A stretch of DNA of 64,000 nucleotides from Octopus sinensis (GCF_006345805.1 NC_043015.1:9486001-9550000), one strand, 5' to 3'. Positions 1-14,084 are shown, numbered from the stretch's first letter. The notes: generated by a model not told the origin, from the letters alone. Numbers and translations are program-made.

Positions 1-14
1 ATATATACATATAT

Positions 15-76
<62 letters not shown>

Positions 77-1908
77 AGTGCTATCACATCATAAATTGAA
101 ATGTCACATATATATCATAATGCTAGTGGTTATAACAAACATCTGTCTTTACTTTTTCAATATCATTTCAATTCATATATTACACGTAGAGATACGGTTT
201 ATTATTACAAATATGATATATCCAGCTGCACATAAGTTCAAGCGAAATGTATCAATAAATTTTACAGAAAGCATTATTAACCATGTTTATTTGGAATTGA
301 AATCTCAATAAGGTGTAGGACATTTTTAGCAGATTGCTATAAACTCATATCTTTCAAGAAAAATTAAAAAATAAGAGTATATAAAAAACGGTTTTCCTTA
401 CATTTTTTTTCGTTTTCGTGTTTATTAGAATGCATATGTTTAAACCTGTAGAGAATTGAAAGGGAATACGAAATTCAAGATTCTTTTTCTCGATTGAAAC
501 CTGATTATCTTTATAAGCTTAGTGTTTGAATTTTTTAATGTGAAAATATAATATAGGAAATCAATCTAATGTTCCTACTAGTCTATCAAAATTCCTTAAA
601 TCCATATTACATATCGGACTGAATACTGGGCGTCGGATATACATATTTTATATGAAACATGTCCGAAAATGTCGACCAGTATATCATCAATTCTCTCAAC
701 TTCTCTTCTCATTCAAACTTCTTGATTTTAGATGATACTAGGTATTTTTCACTGCAGACATTCTGCAAGTTTCTACAAATTTTTACTTGTCTTTTCTGTT
801 TTTTATCAACTTAGATCCGCCAGTTTTCTATAAAATCCCAATAGGTAAATGTCATTTTCTGCTGAATAAAAGAAAAAAGAAAATAATATTTTTTTTTAAT
901 ATATAACACAGCCCTCTGGATGAATTCGATTTACGTACTCTTCACAAAGAGTTTCAAAACACTCCACCTAGCCGTTCATAGTGAAATATGCAGCTTATGC
1001 TATCTTCACTGATTTTCATTGCAGCTAATCCATCTTAAACGTGAAGCTCTACTTATACCCGATAATCACTAGATATATTGTGTCGGACAATTTTCGCACT
1101 TGAGATAGCCAAATTATTTACTACACCTACAACGATAATCTCCTCACCAATTCGACTATATTCAGACCATTTTGACCAAGGACATCCTATCCGTCTAGGG
1201 TCTTTTCTTTCGCATAGTTCTATCCAACTGTCACAATTTCCTATTGCCATAAAGTTAGCTCTGTGACGTTCATCGTGCTTTATATTTTGCTGCTGAACGT
1301 AATGTCAGAAATCCTAGCCGAACACCAATGTGATGCACTTCTAATCACATTTTATTCCATATTCAAGTAAGAAAAATATACATCAATATAAATTTTAAGA
1401 CTGTATTATATTCACCATTCCCGTCAGATAATAGTTTGATGAGAAGTTGTAAAAATGTTTGGTGTGGGTGTTTATTTGAAATTCATCATTATTTCCGATA
1501 TATTTACTGCAGAGCCATGAATTGTTTAATGACAGATATCATTCAGATCTATTGGTGCTTACGATTCACAAATTGGTTCACTCTACGTCGCTATTAATTT
1601 ATACATATATATATTCAGAAAAAAAAAACTGTCACAATGAACATCAGCTTTGTTTGAAAAGTATGAAGCAAGGTTAAATCTCACAAATTGTAGCAGTATA
1701 TGATATTTTATTATGCTACAGACACCGTAACATTCTGTGCTGAAAGCAATCGGTAGGAATTTCGTTATTACTTCTTATCATGCATTACACAAGTAAATCT
1801 ATGTTGTTTGTTTTTTTTTCTAAATTTGCTTTCGTTATATTTCATTAATTTTACAAAAATATTTACTTCTTCTTTAGATGTGTTAAGTGCTGATACTTCT
1901 CTGTACAG

Positions 1909-1968
1909 TTATACTTTTCTCTTACTTGTTTGTGTCATTTGAATGTGATCATGCTGGAGCACCACCTT
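1909..1968 (-). mobile_element. 3' tail fragment of tRNA-derived SINE
   Basis: Reverse complement matches the tail of the SINE at 61079-61436 (ctccagcatg...tcaaatga...aacaagtaa..ga). Confidence 0.6.
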
Positions 1969-2319
1969 AAGTTAATTCAGTTATATGCAAACATATATGA
2001 ATATTCCTATATACGAAAATCTTTGCTTTTTTTCAGTAAGATTTTTGGCAAACTGGAATCAGCTCTAGCTGAATTTTCAGAATGAGAAATTTGGAAATTA
2101 TAGGGATCGCCTATCTGGTTTTCAATAGACCACGATATATCCGTGAACTCTTTAAAAGTGTGTTTCCCCACTTATTTTCTTCCCACATCCACTATACGTC
2201 GTACAGAAAAATTATACCGCAACGACGTATATTCTTAATATTTCATTACAATTACCTAATTCAAAATTAATCAAGCGATAACTCTTTCATTGAAAATGTA
2301 CATTATCGACTAAGAAAAA

Positions 2320-3480
2320 AAGTCATGTCATCATCATCTTCATCTATCCTATTCAGGTGTCCAATATGCGATGCTGTGGTCATCTCGATGTCTTGCCACA
2401 TGCTAAGTATTCTGTGGTAACACCACAATTCAAAAGCGCTCGCTCTTTTCTCGTCTGCCTTCAACATTGTCCATGACACGCAGACGTACGTCTCAATAGA
2501 GAAGGCGTCAGCCCGAAGTAGCCTTATCTTCAGCAGCATTGACACGTCACGACTCTTCCAGATGTTCTCCATATCTTTCACCGCTTGCCTCGCTATCGCG
2601 AGCTTTCTGCGTATCTCTGGTGTACCTGATCCACTGGTGTTGATTGTGGATCCCAAGTACACAAAATCATCCACTTCCTTAATCACCTCCCCGTCTACGG
2701 CGAAGTCACCTTGGTCTGTCCTGTACTTATCCACTACCAAGATCTTTGTCTTCTTTAAATTCAGGAATAGGTCACTTTGTGCACTCATGTCTTTCACTGT
2801 GCCTATCCTCCACAGCAATTCGTTCTTGCTGTTACTTATGAGGGTTGTGTCATCGGCGTATCTCAGGTTGCACAGCCTTTCTCCGCCAATCTGCTCATCA
2901 CCGTCGTAGTTCTCCTTCGCTGCTCTTATGATGTTTTCTGCATAGATGTTGTACAGATATGGAGACAGAACACATTCCTGTCGGACACTACTCAGTATCA
3001 TCTATGGAGTTCTGACAGATGACTATTGATCTTGATATAGTCGCGCCAACAATGCGACTAAGCGTTCAGGAAATCCCATGACCACCATGACGTCCCACAG
3101 CTTGCTGTGTATCACACAGGAAGGGCTTAGAGTAGTCGATGAAACACACGGAAAGTAGGATCTTACGTTCCTTAAACTTCTCGATCATGATCCTGATGTT
3201 GACTACCTGTTCCCTTGTTCCTCTGCCCTTGACAAAGCCGGCTTGTTCCTCAGCAATGACACTGGTATATTTCCGCTACAGTCTACCTACGATAATTCGC
3301 AGTAGAATCTTGCTTATGTGGACAATAAGGCTTATGGTTTGGTGGTTAGAGCATTCGCGTGGGTTGCTTTTCTTTGGTATTGGTACGAAGACTGCACGAC
3401 ACCAGTCGATCGGCCACTTCACGTCGTTCCAGATCTTGACACACAGTCTCCACAACAGTTATATCTCAATATCTCCCCTC
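2320..3480 (-). mobile_element. RTE-clade LINE, 5'-truncated, degenerate reverse transcriptase
   Basis: Translations FVPIPKK..RECSNHQTISL, EEQAGFVKGRGTREQV, FIDYSKPF, VRQECVLSPYLYNIYAE, LRYADDTTL, FVYLGS, FELWCYHRIL; ends in (GAT)n-like tail; stops and frameshifts present. Confidence 0.93.
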
Positions 3481-3490
3481 ACCTTCCATA

Positions 3491-3655
3491 CCTATTTCTT
3501 TATTAACCACAAGGATCTAAACATAGAGGGGACAAACAAGGATAGACATAGGTAATAAGCCGATTACATAGACCACAGTGCGTAACTGATACTTAATTTA
3601 TCGACCTCGAAATTATGAGAGGTAAAGTCGACGTCGGCGGAATTTGAAATCACAA
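3491..3655 (-). mobile_element. tRNA-derived SINE (body and tail), same family as 37848-38088
   Basis: Reverse complement aligns to the in-window copy (aaattccgccga.gtcgacttt...cccctct.tgtttag...aagaaatagg). Confidence 0.8.
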
Positions 3656-4660
3656 GGTGTCTCATCATTATGTATTATAATTTTTCAAATCCGCCGCGCA
3701 GGCGCAGTTTTACTCGGCGGTAAGTAAAAATACCGACTTACTTCGGAATTACTAAAATTATATTAAAAATATAGAAGGGTAGGAAAATTTTGAAATTTCT
3801 TCTACCAGTGCCTGAGCAGTGTTGGCCTTGATTTCTATAGAAAATCTATAGCAATAAAATTAAGATTAGGATATCGCGCTGCTAACATAGAAGTGAAGGA
3901 ACAATATTGACTTCTAAACGTGTTAATATACTTGGCAGTATATAATGGTTGCAAAAGAAAATAGTGTGTTGTTGCTATCAATTAATAGAAGTATATATGC
4001 ATTATGATATATGATTATATAAATATGCATAATATGATTGTCCGTGTGCCTGCCTGCATCTGTGTATCCGTCCGTCAATTTTTGCGCGCCTATGGTTGTT
4101 CCAGGTAGAGTTTCAGCTTGCACAACCTATCAACGATTAGTTTTCATAGAATGGCGCCTTTCACACGCATCGCTTGGCCAGCAGGCTATCGTACATATAG
4201 CAAATGTAAATGGTGTTATTTTCTGGAAATTATGCCTGCAATGAAACCAATCTCTTGCTTGACGGCTTACCTGTATAAAAAATACGGACAATAATCACCA
4301 GGAATTAATATATACAGAAACTGCCTATTCATTTTCTATAATATTTTGTATTAAGAAGTAAATTCTTCAAGTCGCATTATTTTTGTATGCAGAGTGACAA
4401 ATCCGCTGTTTTCTACATCACTGACTGTAAATCTAAATATATTTTCCCTTGCGTTTCGCATTGGCATACACTTTGCAGTGTAAGCTGTGTATTAATATAC
4501 AAAATATATATGTAAAATATATTGAAAAACAGATATTGATTTTCTTTCGCACATTCTCTCTGTCTCTCTGTCTCTCTCTCTCCCTCTCAGTATAAATATA
4601 CTGCTATATATATATATATATTCTCTCTCTGTCTCTGTCTCTCTCAGTATAAATATACAG

Positions 4661-4701
<41 letters not shown>

Positions 4702-5927
4702 TGCATATATATTTATATCATTCATATATTTATAAACGCACATGTATGTATATATATATATATATAATATATATATATATAAGTAGTAAATGACAAGGAG
4801 GCAGTGTACGTACCATCGTTTATTTTTTTCAAAATTTGCACGTAATTCAAAGGTGCCAACACTTAATATAAATGCATATAGTTTTATGCGTAATACATAT
4901 TAACTTACAAATATACATCATCTTTCGTTTCTCAGTGGAGGCTTACTACCCTCTAGGTCAAATTTCAACATCCGCTAGAAGTTCTTTAGAGGTATAACTT
5001 GTAAAAAAAAATAATTTGCGTGAAACGCTATTACATTGGAAGAAATGATGCTCTCGATGTAATGGTGATGGTGGCTTAAGTGTTAATAAACAATCATTCT
5101 TTTTTTCCGCATTCACTAAAATTAATTTTAATCATATTTTTATTTTGATTAAGAAAAAGAAAAAAGTGGTAATCTTCAATGCAAAATCTTGTGACCGTTA
5201 ATGTTCTTTGAAATGAAATATAACTCACGTTATTTTCACGATCCATATTAGCTTGCTTGAACACGATGTTAAATAAATGATAATAATAATCACTAAAATC
5301 AGTAATTTGTACATTCCAGTAACTACTGTTGTAACCATTACAAGGTTGCCATTCTTCATATGCCTGAATCTGGTTTTATACCAACGTCTGGCTTTCATTT
5401 TTGAAACGTAAACTGCCTCATTGTTTCTTACCGCTTTTTTTTCATAATGGATGTAGATGTTATAGCTTAGTGAGACGTTAGTTTGTTGACGATATTAGTA
5501 GTTTATTTGAAATGTCGGATTAATTGCTTTGAAATGTATTCAAATGTTATTTTTCTCTTCTCTTGCATAACCTACTCATAATAACAATGACTATTTACAA
5601 GGTCTCCATTTACAAGGTCTCTGCTTCCATTGTAAAAGAATGCTTTAAATTTGTATAGAATAGAAACATGCGAAAGAACTATACTTTAAAAAGAAATATG
5701 TTTCTTATTACATGTCTCAGTCTTCAAATTGTGGCAGTTCTGAGGCAGCACCTTACATAAATTTTGGCAAAAACACACTTCCTTATATTCCCTTTAGCCT
5801 GGTACTGAATCTCCTGGATTCTAGTGCCGAACCAGTGTGACGTCAGGCCGCAAACACACACACAACGGTTCTCATGTAAAGGAGGAAACAAAGAACGGCA
5901 CAATACAGTACCCGCTCGGGTGAATGA

Positions 5928-5988
<61 letters not shown>

Positions 5989-6059
5989 AAGAGGAGAGAA
6001 GAAGAAAAAAAAGAAGAAGAAGAAGAAGGAGAAGAAGGAGAAAAAGATGAAGAATAAAA

Positions 6060-6185
6060 GAAGAGATCCCCAAGAAAAAGCGCCTTCTAATTGATGTAGC
6101 TGTACCAATAGATGACAATGTTTATCTAAAAGTAAAGTAGAAACATTCAAAATACAAATATCTGGAAATAGAGGCAAATGGAAAG
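6060..6185 (+). mobile_element. R4/Dong-like LINE fragment, REL endonuclease region
   Basis: Translation KRLLIDVAVPIDDNVYLKVK*KHSKYKYLEIE parallels LIDVSV...KLSKYNDL of the element at ~9100. Confidence 0.7.
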
Positions 6186-8003
6186 CGGAGCCCAGAAACA
6201 GAGTAGTAAATCTCAACTTGGAAGCGGAAGAAAGAATAGAGACGGAAAAGAGGAGAATGTAGACCTACCCCAAGTAGAGAAAGTAGACTTACCTGCATAG
6301 CGATGACACAAAATCGGAGGGGAATAATAAAGAGATCATAGAAGAATAATAAAATATCATGAGAGAAGTCATCAAGACTAAGATTACCGACATAGTCAAT
6401 AGAGACGCGTTACCAAAGCTCTCGTACAGTATAAAAAAATAACAACATAATCACGATATATAATATTGCTTAGACAGATCTTAAGAAATAAGGGAAATGA
6501 TCTAACAATCTTAATTAGCCTCATCTATTCTACTGCTAAAGTTGTAACTACTGAATTCGACGACAGAGAGGAGGAGCAACAATGTCAATAGACCTCCTAA
6601 GTGGAAAGTAACAATACAAAAAATTGTTCGAATTTTTGCGGCCGGATGTATCAGTTCTCGATAAAATTGCTAGAGGGGTAAATGCTAAAACGAAACTAGC
6701 TATAAATATCAAACGAAAATATAAAATAATTTATAAACCTCCCTGCAACCAAGGAAATAGTGAAACAACGAATAAAACTCAAAGCCCAACGGCTCAGAAG
6801 CTATGGCAAAAGAATAAAATTTTATCTACAAAAGAAGGTATTCACGACAGATGCAAAAACCTTTTACAGGGAAACTGGCAAATGCAAGATAGAAGTAAAT
6901 GAGCTAATATAAGGCTGAGGAAATGGAAGAGTTCTGGAAGAAAATATAGAACACCAAAAAAGAATATGATGCTGGAAGCTCATTGGAGTGAACGTGAGAA
7001 ATTGAGACGGAGTGCAGTTGAAGAGCCGAAGTGGGAGTAAATAGGAGAAGAAGAGCAAAAGAGTGTTCTTAGAAAGTCACACAGATGGAGAACCTCAGGA
7101 CTGGTGCGGTTCCCTAACTTCTGGCTGAATTGCTTGACAAAAGTACACCGAAATGTTGCTGCATCCCTAACTGATGTCATCAAGAACCCAGAGGAAATAC
7201 CTACCTGGTTGACCGAAGGAACTTACCTTTTATAAGACTGAAGACAGGAAAAATCAAAAGAACTACCAACGAATTCCATGTCTTAAAACCACCTACAAGA
7301 TCATCACATCCATACTTTCCCAGAACAGAATTCTGTCCATCCACAAGCTCAGAAAGGTTGTAAAAGGAATGAATTCTTAAGGATGCAAAGATCAGTTATT
7401 CATAAATAAAATGATTATAGGGAATTGCTTGAACAACAAGAAGAACCTAAGTTTGACATGGATAGACTACAGGAAGTCGTTTAAAAATGTCCCACATAAT
7501 TAGCTACACAAAGCCCTTGAGATATATATGACCTCTGTAATTTCCAAATTATTACAAGCTAATATAGTCCAGTGGATTTCCCTTCTAAACCATAGTAATA
7601 GTATCGGCCAAACTAACATCAACATCTAACGAGGTATCTTTCAAGGTAACTCCCTCTCCCCAATATTCTTTTACGTGGTACCGATCCCGCACTCAAACGA
7701 GCTGATTAACATTAGGTTCGGGTTCAAAATGTATGACATTACAGTAACTCATCTGTTTTAAATGGACGATCTGAAGCTGTTTGCTAGAAATGACGTAGAG
7801 CTTGTAGAGCTGTAAACAACTGTTAAAGAGTTTCAATAACATCGGGATGGATTCCCGCCTTGATAAGAGTGCTAAAGCAAATATTGTAAGAAGAAAAGCT
7901 TAAGCAAACAGCTTCCATTAAATTAGATACCGACACTACCATCAAGGAGCGTGACCTACAAGGTAGCTATAAATACTAGGGAATAATCGAAGGAAACATT
8001 ATA

Positions 8004-8199
8004 AACAAATATATAACAAAAACACAAGGACTAACATGTATACATAACATACAGAAAATAGCACCACTAGGCACCGCACTCATTCTACTGAAAACATTTT
8101 GGATGCATTAAAAATAATACCATCACAACAAACCGCAGAACATACCCAAGGCATACAGAGCTGCGACCGGTAGTGCAGGGAAAGCTCGTTATAAAAATA
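8004..8199 (+). repeat. 196-bp insertion of an R4-like 3' end inside the RT; copy of 9337-9531
   Basis: Direct alignment to 9337-9531; removing it restores GNII-QHATMKEKIRKEHYRRIQSILKTE. Confidence 0.88.
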
Positions 8200-9238
8200 C
8201 AACATGCTACCATGAAGGAAAAATACGAAAGGAGCATTACAGAAGAATACAATCCATACTAAAAACTGAAATAAGCTCCAAAAACTGCATCGAAGCCATT
8301 AATATACTGGCACTTCCAGTAGTCCAATACAGTTTTAATATCATTAACTAGACTCTTACAGAAATTTAACGCCTGGACAAGACGACAAGTACACTACTAA
8401 CATCAAAGAACATGCAGCACCCAAAAGCATACGTTGATCGTCTGCACCTACCTAGAAGCATGGGGGAAGACCAAGGATACAGGTAGAACTGTGCATAAGA
8501 CCTCCATAATAGCAACTAACATGTACTTATCTAATACAGAAAATTGAATACTGCATTTGATGAATAACCTGAAACCAGATCCACTGAAAAGGCAAAACGG
8601 ATGAAATAGACTGCAAAAAGAACGGGCAGAAAAATATTGAGGAGAGGTGGAGCCAGAAGCCGCTGACGATTTAGACCAAACAAAATCCCTCAGTGGCTAA
8701 GAAGCTCAGGACTGAAAGATGAGACTGACGGTTGCATATTAGTGGCCCAAGATCAAAGCCTGCTTACCAAAAAAAAAAACACTAGGCTATTGTTCTTAAA
8801 ATCGGTTCTGACTCTAAATGCAGATTCTACGACAAATTTGATGAAACGATAGACCATCTAGTCTCCGGATGTTCTGTGTTGACAGCAAACGAATACAAAA
8901 GTCGACACGGTAGGGTAGGACTGTATTTACATTGAAAAATATGTTAACACTACAAACTAAGCACTTCTGCTTACTGGTATGAACTTCATTCTAAGTCAGT
9001 CGTTGAAGGAAAAAGTACCACTATCCTCTACGAAAGATCCAAGCTAATCGACCAGACTTAGTCATTAAAGACAGAGCATGAAATTCTTGTAGATTAATTG
9101 ATGTAAGTGTTGCCAATGGTAAAACTATATCGGTAAAGGAATTTGACAAATTAAGTAAATATAATGATCTGAAAACTGAAAAAGAAGGAATGTGGAATCT
9201 TAAAGCGAGATTTGTTCCTCTTATTGTGGGCGCCCTTG

Positions 9239-9562
9239 TTAACAGAAATGTTTCTTTAAACGAAACGGAAAAACTTTCTAAAATGAGAAACGATTCCTGT
9301 CAAAGTAGATGCATTAGGTATGATAAAAATATTAAGACAAATACATAACAAAAACACAAGGACTAACATGTATACATAACATACAGAAAATAGCACCTCT
9401 AGGCACCGCACACATTCTACTGAAAATATTTTAGATGCCTTAAAAATAATACCATCACAACAAACCACAGAACATACCCAAGGCACATAGAGCTGCGTCC
9501 AGTAGTGCAGGGAAAGCTCGATATAAAAATAGGAGTACTGAATAATAATAATAATAATAATA

Positions 9563-9602
<40 letters not shown>

Positions 9603-9618
9603 GACGACGACGACGACG

Positions 9619-9709
<91 letters not shown>

Positions 9710-9724
9710 TTACTAGAAACACCT
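9239..9724 (+). mobile_element. 5'-truncated R4-like 3' end with (AAT)n(ACG)n(AAC)n(AAT)n tail, nested in the host R4 element
   Basis: IPVKVDALGMIK...NIQKIAPLGTAHIL, then 3' UTR and tail 9541-9705; host frame VGAL resumes as MIKKGTEN at 9728. Confidence 0.8.
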
Positions 9725-9885
9725 GAAATGATAAAAAAAGGAACTGAAAATTATTTAAGAATGATCCGTGGCTTACCCTCCATACAGTTAGTACAAAAGA
9801 TTGCCTTAACTGGTATTGAGAAGAGTATTGTCGCTGTGATTTTTTCCCGTTTTCCTATTTATTTTCTTTGTTTACTTTTTAAGAC

Positions 9886-10270
9886 CAAAAATATGTTGAC
9901 AGTATACGGAGCATTCTACCCGAAGAGTGACATTGATAGGCTGTACTTGTCTAAAAAAAAGGGCGGCAGAAGTTTAATCAGTCGCCAGGACTGTATCGAA
10001 GCAGAGGGAAAAAACCTAGGTTGTTATATAGAAAATGCTGTGGAACCACTGTTCAAATACACGGAGAAGTCCGGCGTCATGAACACTGAAAGTTATGCAA
10101 CTAAAGAAAAATTTAACCTACAAATAAACAACAACAAAAAAAAAAAGAAAAATGCATGGAAGGAGAAAAAATGTACGATCAGTTTGCAAGAGATATGAAT
10201 GCCAAGACAGATATAGAAGACCGGTGGCTACGGATATGAAGATATATGAAGATAGAGACTGGAGATATAT
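9886..10270 (+). mobile_element. R4-like LINE fragment (post-RT region), a different family
   Basis: MLTVYGAFYPKSDIDRLYLSKKKGGRSLIS...KKNAWKEKK. Confidence 0.85.
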
Positions 10271-12064
10271 ACTACTACGATATATTCTTGTAGTTATCGT
10301 TGTCACGGTCCACAAGTATAGATAACTACGTGTGATAAGATTTGATTTTCTTAGACGCTGTGTATTTAGAAATCTATAATGCAATGTTGCGTTCCATTAG
10401 TTGTAAATATTTAAGATCATTTTTCTTTGACATGTCACAACCTGGCACCGATCGAGCATACGCGATTATAATTATCTAAGTTATGAGTATGGCACTTTTT
10501 TTTTCTTAGAATAATGTATCTCGAAATTTATAGGATAGAAGTTGAATTAGCGGCGGAGTGTCTGTACCGTTGTTTCTGATGTACCGATTCAATATTTGGT
10601 CTGAAATGTTGCAGGATATCATTTGCGGTTTATAGGCTACAAAGTCTAGTAGAGTGATCATATAATCAGTGATTTCTCACAGATTTCGCCGACAAATCAA
10701 TTAGGAAGAGCAACAAAGTAACGTTTGTTATTGTGAGCAGGAACAATCAACAGTAAATTATAGTTTCTCTGTATCACTGCAATACCCATTGAAATTCGTG
10801 ATTAAGCAGACAATATTTGTTCGAGCATTGTTAATATGTATTAATATAATTGTTGTTGATATTGCAGACATACATCCTATTATGGAATTAACAATAATTA
10901 TACAAAAGATAACATCGCATTCAACAAGCAATTACGTTGAAAGTCTTTCAGATGTTACACAGACTAGCATATTGGAAAGCCTTTTCTATTGATCTACAGC
11001 CGATTAGATCGATTGAAATTCTCAAACGTCTGACACAGCACATGTTATCCAAGTATCTGACGTCCATATCATCCATATCAATCAGATTATTCACCGTCTT
11101 TTAGCTGAGTTGACGCAAAAATTCTTTAATCTTTTATCAATGAATCTGAAAATTTGATATTCATTTATCGATTCAGGATTCCATCGTATTAATTAAGGTT
11201 AAGATCGAATTCGTTTGGTTCAAATGTTACTTTCCTTTCACGCTGATATACGGAATGCACTACTCAATGTCTTATATTATAATTGGAACTAGTATTATAA
11301 GTAAGTATCTAACAATGCCATAAGGCGCAGTTTTAATCCCTAAAAATTAGTGTAATTAGCCCACTTGGTTTCAAAGTGTTTTTACGTTATCATTGGTTAA
11401 TCACCAAATCAATCACAAACAAAAACGTAATTGAAAATAACAATAGTGACAGGGCATGCATTATTAGTTCTTATATACACAACTACATGGTACAATATCA
11501 CATGTTAAGAGACAAAAATCAGTCTTTATGAAGTACTTGTGTGCTGTTCTTTGAATATCAGATAATCGGTTAGGTTTAATTTCATTAACTTGGCAGTCTC
11601 AATATTAATGGCTTGTTATTAAGATGGCATTTCATACAATCCTCGTGCTATAATCCCTTCTCGAAAACTATATCGTTATTCGATTAAATTATATCTCAGT
11701 AATGATATATATATACGCTTATATCCGTGCATACACAAAATCCTTCGAACTGTATTTATTTACGGTACCGTGCTTTTTGATATCAATATAGGTCAAATAT
11801 GCGTTTGAAATTCAAGTGATTGATTAAAAAGTACTAATCAAATACCGAGATCGATTTATATCGCTTTAAACTCTCGTAGAATGCATGCACATCAGGTAAT
11901 ATTAAAAACGACATAATCCATAATCATAAAAATATTCCGATGGTTAATCCTAGATGTGCAACAAACATTCCAACGCAAACACACAAATACACAAACACAT
12001 CTCCCTCTCTCTCTCTCACACACACAAACACACAAACACACACACACACATACACACACATATA

Positions 12065-12111
<47 letters not shown>

Positions 12112-12399
12112 ATGTATATATAGTGTGTGTGTGTGTGTGTGAATGCATATATGCATATATATGTGCATGTATGTATCTCACTCTCTTTTCCTCCCTGTAT
12201 ATATATACTGAAATCTCGAAATTGAACTGACATCCTTCATGTTACTGGTTCTTTTCGCGGACACTACACGTTGCTACAAATTTGTTGATATATTAATTTA
12301 CATTTCAGATCAGAGTATATTAATTGTGTACGGCAACTTGCTGTGCCGAGAACGCCATAAGTACAAGAATTAAGTGTTTGACAGAGGCGTATCCTATAT

Positions 12400-13049
12400 C
12401 AATCCGAGAATAGAGTAACCACTTAAAACGGCTCAAAACCCTGGGATAGCTCTTCCCTCAAATAACAGCGATTGAACAATTTAACGGGAAAAGGAGAGGA
12501 ATCAACATCATCTAAGTGAGACCAAGGAGGGTCTTCTGATAGACAAATATTTGGAAATAATCCCCGTTGTAATTTTCTTGATGCTGCTGTGCGACTCCGA
12601 ATCAGATGAGGTTCTACTAGTGCTGCTGCTACAGGAATTACAACCGTGTTTCGTGGTCTGCTACCACAAGAGCTCCTTTATAGGATCTAGTTAGCTCCAG
12701 ACATCATCAGGAGGAATCACTTCCGGTTTCGGACCTACTCCTCAACCGCTTTGACGTAGCACCACCACCCCTTTCGGAGGTGTCTTCAGCTCGGGTGTTT
12801 GGTGTATGTCTTCTTCTGTTCCCTAGCCTCTTCGATGTATCGTCAGTGAGTGTCAACCGGCGACTGACTGACTTGTCAATTTTTTCCCATTAAATACCTG
12901 CCCTCAGACTCCAGCAGGCAGCCCCAGCAAGTTGTCACGTGACACTGTCTCATCTCAACTGACTAGTAAAGGCGCCTAGTTTTAGTTTGCGCATTCTCTA
13001 AACGACCGTCACCTGTCAGTCAGCGAAGCTGATTCAGTGTCAGCTTGTC
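12400..13049 (-). other. GC-richer non-coding stretch directly 3' of the Hero-like ORF end; possible long 3' UTR or separate repeat
   Basis: Composition shift; local hairpins such as cacctcc-GAAA-ggggtg; no recognisable ORF. Confidence 0.3.
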
Positions 13050-13341
13050 TCACCTAGTGATGTTATTTCCCGCCGGCATGTTATGACTTTCAAGCCATTT
13101 TCGGTCTTCCCGCTTAAGCCATATATAGAAGCTGGCTTTTTCGACCTCCTCCTGTACTATCCTTATTAATTTTCGCAGCTCGGAGCTAGAAAATATAAAT
13201 CTTCCTTTGAAAAGCGTTGTCATTTTCGTTTCAATGAAGCCTCTAGCCCCCACTGCCAGGTGATAATATTCGACATTCCATCCCTGTTCTCTGCATTCTT
13301 CGATTAGCTTTTCGTACCTATTCTCCTTTCGTTATTCTGCA
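13050..13341 (-). mobile_element. Hero-like (R2 superfamily) LINE C-terminus, 5'-truncated
   Basis: AE*RKENRYEKLIEECREQGWNVEYYHLAVGARGFIE...EEVEKASFYIWLKRE resembles the end of Hero-type REL endonucleases (motif from recall). Confidence 0.75.
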
Positions 13342-13577
13342 TTACCGCTACTGATACTGGTAGTGGGTCTGTTACTGCTGCTTTCCTTCTTCCTCCTTCT
13401 CCTCCTACTACTACTGATTGATACGAATGACGATGAGTGTGACACTTCTATAAAGTGTCACACTAAACTCAGATGCTGAAAGGAAAACTAAGAATATATA
13501 ACAAGTTTGAAGCACCAGGCAGAATCTGTAAAAATAAAACGTCATAAAGATAGTTGCCTGTTCACTTTTAAGGTGCA

Positions 13578-13646
<69 letters not shown>

Positions 13647-14084
13647 TTGTTTTGTATATTGAGGTTAATCATCGTTAATCTTTCTAAAATAGATTCTATA
13701 TTGTAAAAATTCGGATCTTTTCCCTTTCAACGGCAGATGGAGAAATTCATTTTTTGTAACCAAACACTTTCAAACTTCGGACAGTGGTAGAATGTGTCAT
13801 ATAAAACATCTTTTACTCTTAGTGTTACTGCGAAAAATTATATTTTCAAAGTTATTTCGTGTTAAAGTTGTCGTGTTTCGGTAATTTCAACCAATCAACC
13901 CTTCCCTAAAATGCCTAGTCTTGTGCCAAAATTGGAATCCAATATTGAGTAGCTCTAAAGCAGTCAACATGCAAATTCATTAACATGTTGAAGAATAAGC
14001 TTCGTGACGTTTCTTCCGAATATTTTTATTCTGCGTTCAAGTGCTGCAAGTTTGTTTTCAGAATTTCGCTGCCCCCGATTTTCT

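Larger units (their letters stand above)
6300..9815 (+). mobile_element. R4/Dong-like non-LTR retrotransposon (RT + CCHC knuckle + REL endonuclease), degenerate, interrupted twice
   Basis: GCKDQLFINKMII, WIDYRKSFKNVPH, RGIFQGNSLSP, HLF*MDDLKLFA, HPKAYVDRLHLPR, KCRF...ETIDHLVSGC, RPDLVIKD...LIDVSV, VPLIVGAL|(G)MIKKGTENYL...VQKIALTG; many stops and frameshifts; 5' boundary approximate. Confidence 0.92.

Noticed and set aside
950-1260. Possible mariner transposase or TSP1-like fragment on the minus strand
   Set aside because: Only loose resemblance; no WVPHEL/DDD motifs or TIRs seen
4038-4290. GC-richer patch with splice-like signals
   Set aside because: No frame gives a consistent exon or recognisable protein
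10780-11210. Possible ancient PLE thumb region (RFIDKRLKNF, minus strand)
   Set aside because: Single short motif; too degenerate to support
13660-13900. Suspected non-autonomous DNA transposon
   Set aside because: No TIR pair or second copy in the window; only vague recall of similar sequence
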